Source of the DNA: Proteromonas lacertae
Lineage: Eukaryota
DNA length: 20,000 nt
Reading direction: 5' to 3'
Assembly (NCBI GenBank): GCA_002245135.1
Contig: NGBS01000878.1
Location: 182,389 to 202,388 of the forward strand
Shown here: positions 10,667 to 20,000 of the stretch, one piece after another
Numbering within the stretch: the first letter of the stretch is position 1
Layout: every line of letters begins with the position of its first letter
Program-made: the position numbers and the translations under genes
The notes under the pieces: generated by a model
What the model was told of the DNA's origin: nothing
Databases searched by the model: none
What the model saw: the letters and a program-made list of their open reading frames with translations, nothing else

Positions 10667-11262
10667 TTTTTCACTTCTCAATTTTCTTCTGTGACTTATG
10701 TGTATCATTTCATAATCATTGATACTATTACATAAAATAAAAAGCAACACATAAATTATAATTTTGTAAATTATACAAAAGAAGCTAAGTGTTAAAAATA
10801 TATTGTAATTGGCTACACACTAAAATGAATGATTTTTATAGAAGGCACTGAAATATGAAATACATTAATTTGTTGTAGCTTTGAGATTTATGTCGATTAA
10901 AGATTGTATTTCTGTTTATATTGTTGATATTAACTTTGTAACTGAAATTATAGATTTAGATGAAAAACATGTGCATATAAAACAAGTGTTTATATCAAAA
11001 TATTGATTTTCGTACAAATAAGGGGGTACGAAAATTCAAGTTTTTAGTTACATTTTTTTATTTATATCAACAACAGAAGTGAGTTGTAAGCTAATATTTT
11101 ATATTATTCATGTACTTAATATGTATTAATAGATTATGTAAAATAATATGTTACATAGACTAATTAAGTCATATCGTGACATGTCTATCATATACAAAAT
11201 GTTAAAATAAAAGTAACAATTTTTCATTAAAAGAAGTGTAATTGTGTATTTAGTTTGTTTTG

Positions 11263-11307
11263 AAAGTGTCTGGTAGACAAACGGCCAACAATGACAAACG
11301 GATCACA
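11263..11307 (+). repeat. Putative 3' terminus (TIR arm) of copy B
   Basis: GACAAACGG at 11276 and 11293 (17-bp period) followed by ATCACA; base composition becomes less AT-rich just after it. Confidence 0.6.
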
Positions 11308-11878
11308 ACAAGTGTTTTAGGAGTCTGTCCTCTTCTAGATCCACAGTTCAACTTAATCTACAACATGGTAAAGTAACTCAAGACGCTGATTGAGCAAGTA
11401 ACTTAGTAATGATCATTACTTATCCTTGATAACAACAGAGTTAAAATTTTACGAAGACCACAAGGAGTTGTTGTTCTTGTAAGGGTTTCGACCACTTTAT
11501 AAGTAAAATACACTAAAGGTTATAGTACACATAAAGTAGTTATTTCCAGCTAATACTCATTAATATCTGAGAATCTTTAAGGCTTATCAAGAGTGACTTC
11601 AGATTATAGTCAACACGGAGGTAAAGAAGGTACTGGAGGATGTAGCTGACACTGTAGTGAAACAAGTATCAGGAGAGCTGATGAAGGAGGAGGAATGGAT
11701 CGTAGTACCTATCAATCGTAAATTTAAAGTCCCGTAGTTGTACATAGTACGAGTGTTGATATATGGATGTCATTTAGTAGAAGCTGAATAGTTGGAATCA
11801 TCAGAAGAAATCAATTCACAATTTCCTAGGAGTTCAAAATACTCACCTTATTGAAATGTCTTCAGACTCGCAACATAG

Positions 11879-12085
<207 letters not shown>

Positions 12086-12251
12086 TAAGCATCTGCTGGT
12101 GACATCCAACAACTGGTTTAACCAAAATTTTCCCGACTTTTACACTTATATTCTATTTTGTTATGTAATTTTCTCTCCTTATATGAATTTAAGTATATGG
12201 AATTATTGATTTTTACCTTCTAGCAAAAATTATTTTTTGGAAGACATAAGA

Positions 12252-13121
12252 ATGATTAAGTTGTTATATGTAATTACATCTTCTTTTATTACTTTATATT
12301 TATATGGCTATATATCTATCAGAAAAACATGCCCTAATAGTTTTAAGATATTTGCTACTGGTTCATCATCAAACCATTTTCATCTCCTTCTTCTTATGTT
12401 GCATAGAATATTTTTAATTGAAAATAATATATGTATTGTAGTGTGGAATTTGGGAGTAAAAAATAAAGAAATTAATATTCTATTACAAGCTGAACAATTT
12501 ATCATCAAACAAAAAAAAGATATAAAAATATTAAACTACAATTTTAATTATAGTAAATACCCTAAACATTTTAATATTAATTTTAAGGCTGGATATTATG
12601 CATGGAAACCGTTTGTAATATATGATACATATAAAATATTTAAAAGAAACATATTATGGCTAGATGCAGGATGTTTTATAATCAAGAAATTATATTACGA
12701 ATATAAAGAAATTAAAAAGAAAAAGATATGGTCAATCACTCAAGGAACATCAATACAAAGATATACACATCGCTATATGCTAAATTTATTAGATACAGAT
12801 GTTAGAATATATAATCGAACAATGTGCGCAGGAGGAGTAATAGGTTTGTATTATCCATCTACTTTAGTAGATAGAATAATGAATATTTGGAAAGCTTGCG
12901 CTATTATAAAAAAGTGCATATCACCTGAAGGATCTAATCTAAAAAATCACAGAAATGATCAAAGCATTATATCAATATTGCTATATCAAAATGATATTGG
13001 TTGTGATAATTCTAGTAATCATAATTTTATTACTCATTTTGATTCTAAATATTCATCATATAATAATACAGAATATAAATACTTCCTTAAATATATCAAA
13101 TATAATTCTAAAAACAGATAA
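12252..13121 (+). CDS. DUF1647-family putative glycosyltransferase, type II membrane protein
   Basis: TM helix; TGSSSNHF, VWNLG, FNYSKYP, YAWKP, LWLDAG, WKACA...CISPEGS, NHRNDQSIISILL are typical DUF1647 motifs; first ATG at 12252. Confidence 0.8.
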   Translation: MIKLLYVITSSFITLYLYGYISIRKTCPNSFKIFATGSSSNHFHLLLLMLHRIFLIENNICIVVWNLGVKNKEINILLQAEQFIIKQKKDIKILNYNFNYSKYPKHFNINFKAGYYAWKPFVIYDTYKIFKRNILWLDAGCFIIKKLYYEYKEIKKKKIWSITQGTSIQRYTHRYMLNLLDTDVRIYNRTMCAGGVIGLYYPSTLVDRIMNIWKACAIIKKCISPEGSNLKNHRNDQSIISILLYQNDIGCDNSSNHNFITHFDSKYSSYNNTEYKYFLKYIKYNSKNR

Positions 13122-13129
13122 AAATGTTT

Positions 13130-13276
13130 TACATATTCCAGTATATTGCTTCATAAAATCCATTTCTTTTTTATTTCCATATTCATAAATTATTTCATTA
13201 CTTATACCATTGTATCTTCTAAACTCATCTACAGCTCTTTTACAGCTTGGAAAATATCCAGATCATCGATAACCAC
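13130..13276 (-). pseudogene. C-terminal fragment of a TylF/MycF-like O-methyltransferase
   Basis: VVIDD(frameshift)GYFPSCKRAVDEFRRYNGISNEI resembles the TylF C-terminal pattern IxDDYgxxxgcxxAVdeFrxxxgI. Confidence 0.55.
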
Positions 13277-13734
13277 AGCAAGGTAATTAGACAATCCAGC
13301 TTATCATCCTCCGATGTGTTCAATTGATCGATAGATGTGTTGGTAGATTCTATGATGTGACAGACATTGCCTTTAAAGCACTTCATCTTCACTCTCACAT
13401 CTAGCAGTCTGCGAGCATTGCTCTGGTAAGTACCTTTATCATATCGGATATCGTATAAGACTTACTGCTGAAGTTAGAGTTGATCTCATCCTTGACATCT
13501 CTTGAAAAACTACTTGTGATCCTTATCAATGCTTCATAATCTAGCTTGCGATGGTACTAAGTGTGTTTTTAGCGGTCTCTTCACAGGAGGATTATTAAGC
13601 TCCTTATTTTATTAATGGAGCTGTCATATGGAATATCCGTAAGAGATATTCTTGTAGGATCAATCCCGTAAATTATAGTAAAAATGAGTAGTTAATTCAG
13701 TTAGTTTATTTTTCATTAAAATTACTTAATAATT

Positions 13735-15132
13735 CTACAAGCAATAACATCCTCCTATAATTTTATACATACTACAATTTCTTCTGTAATCTAACTTGTT
13801 TAACAAGCTATCTTTAATAATAATCTTACTTTTAATAATATCTATTAACATATTATGTATTTCATATGCTGTTACGAATATATTTTGATTTGTTCTTAAA
13901 TTATTATCGAAGTTTTTTTTCTTATTGATATACCATTTTGGGAAAATCTACAATTAAATGGTAGTATTATACTATTATAAACAGCGGAAGTGCTCTGTCA
14001 TGTTTTCCAAACTAATAGAAAATAATATAAACGTAATACTAAAGTTTCATAATATTTTCCATAATGAATTCCATGATCACTCATTATTATTGTTACAGTT
14101 TTATTTAATATATAATTCTTTTCTAATTTAGATAAATGATTAGCAAAGTCTTTATCCATTCTTAATAATGATAAAAATGATGAATCATGTGATTCCATAA
14201 ATGTGGTAAATGAAAAAATTGGATTTTTGTTGTTATTAGATGAAGAATATAGTAATTCTAAAAAATGTAATTGATACTCATGCATATGCTTATTACCTAA
14301 GCACCTTTTTGAACTTCCAAATAAATATCTATCACTCCAGCTTTTGAATAATTGAACATTATAATCTACATATTTTTTATTGCTACTACCACACAAGTTT
14401 AAATTTAAATCATAGTAACCTAGTAACGAAGCAATTGTATAGTTATTAAGCTTATACCACTTAAATAATGATACTGAATTTTTACCATTGATTAATGCTC
14501 TATAATTTAAAGGTGAATTAATTCCAATAGTATGATATTTCATCATCTCATATAGTTCATATCTTTTAGAAAGATTAATTAAATAATTTTTAGTATATAC
14601 CATTTGTCTTGAAAATCTATATCTTGATAAAGCATCATATAAATATATATTTACATTTAAATGATCATCATCTATTACTCTATGAAGTGAATTGTTAATA
14701 ACAGTAAAGTTTATAACAAAATCTTTTATTGAATAGTAAAAGAGAAATGCCATATAATTAGTGTAAAAGTAACTATTTTTCTAAAACTATATTTTTTATA
14801 GATACGTTTATAAATTCAGAATATATTAACTTATTTTCATATGAATAATGGGATATATTGAGGTTATATAGAGAATAATATTTTTCATTTTTTATTTTAT
14901 ATAAATGTTTTATAAAACAAGAATCGTTTGCATATTTAGGAAATGAATAATTTGTTTCAATTTTGCAGTTTAATTTGCATGATTGTCTTGAAGTTTTATA
15001 TTTCACTTTTCCAACAATACTTTTACATAAATTTAGTACTTTTTTATGGTTATTATTAATAGAATTAAATATAAATATGAAAAAAATAATAAAAAGAATA
15101 CTTTCTATTTTATATGAATAAATTTTAGTCAT
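13735..15132 (-). CDS. DUF229 (alkaline phosphatase/sulfatase-like) membrane-anchored protein, 4 exons, 439 aa
   Basis: Exons 15132-14806, 14780-14040, 14011-13973 and 13947-13735 are joined by GT-AG introns of 25, 28 and 25 nt. Motifs: YDALSR, YHTIGINS, RCLG, ESHD, IIMSDHG, ALPLFIIIFPKW, NLRTNQNIFVTAYEIH, RNC...CYC*. Confidence 0.85.
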
Positions 15133-16190
15133 TATTCTGATTAACAAAATAGGCTGAAAATATTTTTTCTACATAGACTTACTTCATCAACTTAGGAGAT
15201 TACCGGCAACTTCTAAGATCCAAACTCCAAAGAAAAAATTGAATAGAGATAGAACTGAATAGAAGATGGAGGTTAATTCAACTGGGATAAAGTCTTCAAC
15301 CATACCAAAACAACTCCATGTAATAGTCTTCAACCATGTCAAGATAGAAATAGATGCTCCGGTAAAGCCATGCTACGTTATTACTCTCTTCAATTGCGTA
15401 AAAGAATATGAAAACGATCTTCGTCTAAAGGTAGAATAAACTGATCCTTCAGCAAAGCATCGAAAGCAAAACTCTGAAGCATCTCCATGCTGAACAAAGT
15501 CATTATTATCTCGATAAGGTAATAAAAATAAGTAACTCAAGTAGCCTTACAGTGATGAGCAACTCAAGGACAAGGTAAGTAATCAGTTCAATGAACTAAA
15601 AGAATCTCGGATAAGCCAATGATGCTAAGGACATCAACATCCCCGACATATCAACATTACATCAATGACTCCAAAGATCAAGAAGTAGTTGTAGCTACAT
15701 AAAGAGTTACAATTACAGACTGTAGGATGAGTGATCTATAATCCTATGCCTGAGCAGTACGAAGATGTGATGCTGGGAATCATCGCAAGTAAGTACAACA
15801 GAGATATCCTATACTCCTCAAGGAGAACACCATAAACACCTTCAGTATGAACTTTAGCTTTGTTGTTTACGGGAGTGTTTACTCCTTCGATCGATCATCC
15901 TCCGATGGTTTCATCAGTCCTTTATCAACTCCTTGAAGGATGTGCTTACAATTTCGTAGGATCTCCTTGAGGTTATTGAGTATGATCATCAGGTGCTATC
16001 CTACGACTCCATTGACTTCAACATGATAGAGCTACTTACCAGTCCTGATCAACCTATGGAGGACATAGAGCAAGAGGCTTCTTCGGACTCTTCCTATCAT
16101 TACTTAAAGTGACTATTATCCTCAGTCAGTCTTATGAAGTGTTTTAAGCAAACGGTCCAACATAGCCAAGAGAAAACATTACTTAAGGTG

Positions 16191-16923
16191 TTAGTTCATC
16201 CTTGCTTCTATGTCCTGAAGTATTGCTAGCTAAAAGGCCTCGTTAAAGTCATCTTCTGCTTCTGATAAATTGTCTTGTTGGATTGCTGCTTCTTCCGAGG
16301 GTTTACTATCTCTGGAGTTGTCTTCTCTTGGTAAGATGTCATGAACAGTTGTTTCCATCTTGAGCTTCATCCTCTTACTGAGTGCTTTTCCTTGGTTGCG
16401 TTTAGTTAAGTACGCCTCGTAGTTGTAAGGTAATATCGGGAAGAGAGTCTAGTTATGATCCTCTGACTCCTTGAATTGTACTTGTAAGGTCAAAGACTTC
16501 AATAGATAATCAGCGCTGGACTTTATCTTCACAGCCTTCATTATTTCCTCCTGGTTGTTGATCACGGAAGCTTCCTCATCAGTCATCAGTCATGCCGGTG
16601 ATCTCTTTGAAGTATTCCTCCATCTCCTTAGTAAGTGCGAGATATTCCTTAGTTGACTCCTGATCGATATATCGGATGTAGTACTTAGAATTGAACTTAC
16701 GCTTCCTTGAAGTTACTTCCGAAGCCTTACCATTTGACTTCTCCTTATGCTCTTTCAGCTCTTGTTGTTCCTTCTCGACCTTGATGATCAATACTTCTAA
16801 CTCATCCCTGGAAAACTTCGCAAGACTATTAGGATCAATATTGCTAGCCTTGATAATTTTACTTATCAGATATTGCAAGAAAAGTACGACTATGGAGTTC
16901 TTCGAGTGTTTACTTCTCAGCAT
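16191..16923 (-). pseudogene. Decayed gene of unknown family (coiled-coil/acidic), left-arm copy
   Basis: Mirror image of 18879-19611. Confidence 0.55.
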
Positions 16924-16940
16924 CCTCCATCTCTTCAGAA

Positions 16941-16966
16941 CGTAGAAACCCCCCGTGGTTTCTACG
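16941..16966. promoter_or_regulatory. 10-bp stem / 6-nt loop hairpin between divergent decayed reading frames (mirror at 18836-18861)
   Basis: CGTAGAAACC-ccccgt-GGTTTCTACG; the function is an inference. Confidence 0.35.
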
Positions 16967-17489
16967 GTCTAGCAGTCTCATTTTACCCGGACAATTGTTG
17001 AGAATTGGAAGACTTTACTTAGGTGATTTATAAGGCCATTGTAGCTTACCTCTAGGAAGCTCCCGAGATTGCTTATCACGATCTTCAATCGGTATCTTGT
17101 TAAGAATTGTAAAGTACCTGTTCCACAAAGACATCATGATGATGTTTACTCTTACTACAACACTGACATAATAACACATATTTCTATATACACATTCCAA
17201 GACGTCATGACGATATAGAAGGAGATGATAACTCAGAAAGTATTAATTTGGATTTGAATATAAACATAAGCGATAGCGAATATGAGGAATACAACATATT
17301 AAACAATCCTTATTATTAATTATATTAATTTATAATTGCTAATACCATACTATTATTAGTTTTTGTCTAATTAATTCAATAAAATAACAACTTCTGTCTT
17401 TTTTATTTTTATTTTATCTTTTAAAAACAAATATATGATATAGTTTGTTGTTTTACATTTTGAGTTACCTAAAAGGACGTCTTTCTGGA

Positions 17490-17580
17490 GCTATATCCTC
17501 CTTTTGTCTTATCCTATCCTTGCTCTATCCTTGTCCTTGGTTACTCAGTTTTGTCCCTTTTGTCTCTTTTGCTCTTTTGT
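17490..17580. repeat. Pyrimidine-rich degenerate short-repeat tract (TTTTGTC / ATCCTTG units); mirror at 18222-18312
   Basis: cttttgtcttatcctatccttgctctatccttgtccttgg...ttttgtcccttttgtctctttttgctcttttgt. Confidence 0.55.
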
Positions 17581-17916
17581 AATAAATAGTAAAAATAATC
17601 ATTTACTAAGCAATATTTATTTACAAATATATATATTATTTTCAATTAAACTATTTCATTAATATATTTACTATCATTTCTGCATAAAGAATTCTCAATC
17701 GAATATAATGATCTAATTTTATATCCTAATCATATTGTGCTCGATCCTGAACTCCATTCTAATCCAAATGATTTGTGAGATAAAATATGATTTAATGCAA
17801 AAATACATTCTCTTGAAATCCATGGTTCACAATTATTTCCTATTCGTAATACATCATTTCAAGTATCTCCTAGCATATCATCTTTAAAATGGTAGTGTGA
17901 ATGTAGGCATATTTAA

Positions 17917-18156
17917 AAAGATGATATGCTAGGAGATACTTGAAATGATGTATTACGAATAGGAAATAATTGTGAACCATGGATTTCAAGAGAATGTATT
18001 TTTGCATTAAATCATATTTTATCTCACAAATCATTTGGATTAGAATGGAGTTCAGGATCGAGCACAATATGATTAGGATATAAAATTAGATCATTATATT
18101 CGATTGAGAATTCTTTATGCAGAAATGATAGTAAATATATTAATGAAATAGTTTAA
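17917..18156 (+). pseudogene. N-terminal fragment of a class I SAM-dependent methyltransferase (mirror at 17646-17885, minus strand)
   Basis: NNCEPWISRECIFALNHILSHKSFGLEWSSGSSTI*LGYKIRSLYSIEN shows the PW motif plus the motif I pattern LEWGSGxST; TGA at 18070 where Trp is expected. Confidence 0.7.
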
Positions 18157-18878
18157 TTGAAAATAATATATATATTTGTAAATAAATATTGCTTAGTAAA
18201 TGATTATTTTTACTATTTATTACAAAAGAGCAAAAGAGACAAAAGGGACAAAACTGAGTAACCAAGGACAAGGATAGAGCAAGGATAGGATAAGACAAAA
18301 GGAGGATATAGCTCCAGAAAGACGTCCTTTTAGGTAACTCAAAATGTAAAACAACAAACTATATCATATATTTGTTTTTAAAAGATAAAATAAAAATAAA
18401 AAAGACAGAAGTTGTTATTTTATTGAATTAATTAGACAAAAACTAATAATAGTATGGTATTAGCAATTATAAATTAATATAATTAATAATAAGGATTGTT
18501 TAATATGTTGTATTCCTCATATTCGCTATCGCTTATGTTTATATTCAAATCCAAATTAATACTTTCTGAGTTATCATCTCCTTCTATATCGTCATGACGT
18601 CTTGGAATGTGTATATAGAAATATGTGTTATTATGTCAGTGTTGTAGTAAGAGTAAACATCATCATGATGTCTTTGTGGAACAGGTACTTTACAATTCTT
18701 AACAAGATACCGATTGAAGATCGTGATAAGCAATCTCGGGAGCTTCCTAGAGGTAAGCTACAATGGCCTTATAAATCACCTAAGTAAAGTCTTCCAATTC
18801 TCAACAATTGTCCGGGTAAAATGAGACTGCTAGACCGTAGAAACCACGGGGGGTTTCTACGTTCTGAAGAGATGGAGG

Positions 18879-19611
18879 ATGCTGAGAAGTAAACACTCGA
18901 AGAACTCCATAGTCGTACTTTTCTTGCAATATCTGATAAGTAAAATTATCAAGGCTAGCAATATTGATCCTAATAGTCTTGCGAAGTTTTCCAGGGATGA
19001 GTTAGAAGTATTGATCATCAAGGTCGAGAAGGAACAACAAGAGCTGAAAGAGCATAAGGAGAAGTCAAATGGTAAGGCTTCGGAAGTAACTTCAAGGAAG
19101 CGTAAGTTCAATTCTAAGTACTACATCCGATATATCGATCAGGAGTCAACTAAGGAATATCTCGCACTTACTAAGGAGATGGAGGAATACTTCAAAGAGA
19201 TCACCGGCATGACTGATGACTGATGAGGAAGCTTCCGTGATCAACAACCAGGAGGAAATAATGAAGGCTGTGAAGATAAAGTCCAGCGCTGATTATCTAT
19301 TGAAGTCTTTGACCTTACAAGTACAATTCAAGGAGTCAGAGGATCATAACTAGACTCTCTTCCCGATATTACCTTACAACTACGAGGCGTACTTAACTAA
19401 ACGCAACCAAGGAAAAGCACTCAGTAAGAGGATGAAGCTCAAGATGGAAACAACTGTTCATGACATCTTACCAAGAGAAGACAACTCCAGAGATAGTAAA
19501 CCCTCGGAAGAAGCAGCAATCCAACAAGACAATTTATCAGAAGCAGAAGATGACTTTAACGAGGCCTTTTAGCTAGCAATACTTCAGGACATAGAAGCAA
19601 GGATGAACTAA
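18879..19611 (+). pseudogene. Decayed gene of unknown family (coiled-coil/acidic), right-arm copy
   Basis: The 114-aa ORF is ended by a 7-nt tandem duplication (GACTGAT x2, 19211-19224). Removing it extends the frame to TAA at 19609-19611, with two internal TAGs (19351, 19570). Confidence 0.55.
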
Positions 19612-20000
19612 CACCTTAAGTAATGTTTTCTCTTGGCTATGTTGGACCGTTTGCTTAAAACACTTCATAAGACTGACTGAGGATAATAGTCACTTTAAGT
19701 AATGATAGGAAGAGTCCGAAGAAGCCTCTTGCTCTATGTCCTCCATAGGTTGATCAGGACTGGTAAGTAGCTCTATCATGTTGAAGTCAATGGAGTCGTA
19801 GGATAGCACCTGATGATCATACTCAATAACCTCAAGGAGATCCTACGAAATTGTAAGCACATCCTTCAAGGAGTTGATAAAGGACTGATGAAACCATCGG
19901 AGGATGATCGATCGAAGGAGTAAACACTCCCGTAAACAACAAAGCTAAAGTTCATACTGAAGGTGTTTATGGTGTTCTCCTTGAGGAGTATAGGATATCT

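Larger units (their letters stand above)
8497..11307 (+). mobile_element. 5'-truncated, diverged second member (copy B) of the integrase-Ulp1 transposon family
   Basis: Protein homology to copy A across linker and protease, e.g. KKLGNKLVNPEHGDVV vs KKLSEKVSNPQHGNAI and GIYYFPVCDPNQSHWSLWEV vs GIYFFPVCDKDYQHWSLFEV; shared introns; terminus-like repeat ending in ACA at 11307 (alternative end 11310). Confidence 0.7.
15802..20000. repeat. Large inverted duplication (palindrome); arms at least 2084 bp, 31-nt spacer at 17886-17916
   Basis: Position x pairs with 35802-x; three ORF pairs have identical translations on opposite strands; the last 20 nt of the window are the reverse complement of 15802-15821. 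Confidence 0.97.

Noticed and set aside
10559..10750. 63-aa minus-strand ORF
   Set aside because: Non-ATG start, runs through the inverted repeat, no motif
12955..13188. 77-aa ORF rich in Ile/Leu
   Set aside because: Alternative-frame shadow of the DUF1647 3' end
17490..17580. Telomeric repeat
   Set aside because: Units are irregular and do not match TTAGGG-type arrays
16691..19111. ORFs 16691-16945, 17015-17200, 17870-18067, 18602-18787 and 18857-19111
   Set aside because: Antisense shadows of decayed frames; their duplication only reflects the palindrome
18872..19611. Alternative genetic code (TAA/TAG=Gln or TGA=Trp)
   Set aside because: Intact genes of 290-440 codons contain no in-frame stops and use CAA and TGG; the regions with stops also carry frameshifts

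Overview
Very AT-rich eukaryotic DNA in the standard genetic code, with tiny 25-34 nt GT-AG introns. This fits a protist such as the Blastocystis/Proteromonas group, but the taxon is an inference. The window has four components. (1) Two diverged members of a Ginger-like (retroviral-type DDE integrase) DNA transposon family. Their spliced gene encodes HHCC + DD(35)E integrase, a linker, a degenerate Ulp1-like repeat and an intact-looking Ulp1/C48 protease. Copy A (<1-3667, minus strand) keeps its 5' end. Copy B (~8497-11307, plus strand) is 5'-truncated, fused in frame to a GT92 glycosyltransferase and keeps its 3' end. Both ends show two direct repeats 17 bp apart and finish in ACA. (2) A cluster of membrane-anchored glycan-modifying genes: GT10 fucosyltransferase, LicD, GT92 fragment, DUF1647 and a 4-exon DUF229 gene. 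(3) Many broken gene pieces: two complementary methyltransferase halves, a TylF-like piece, a kinase piece and decayed higher-GC genes. (4) A palindrome of at least 4.2 kb centred at 17901 with a 31-nt spacer, running off the right edge. All alignments were done by eye; no searches were run.
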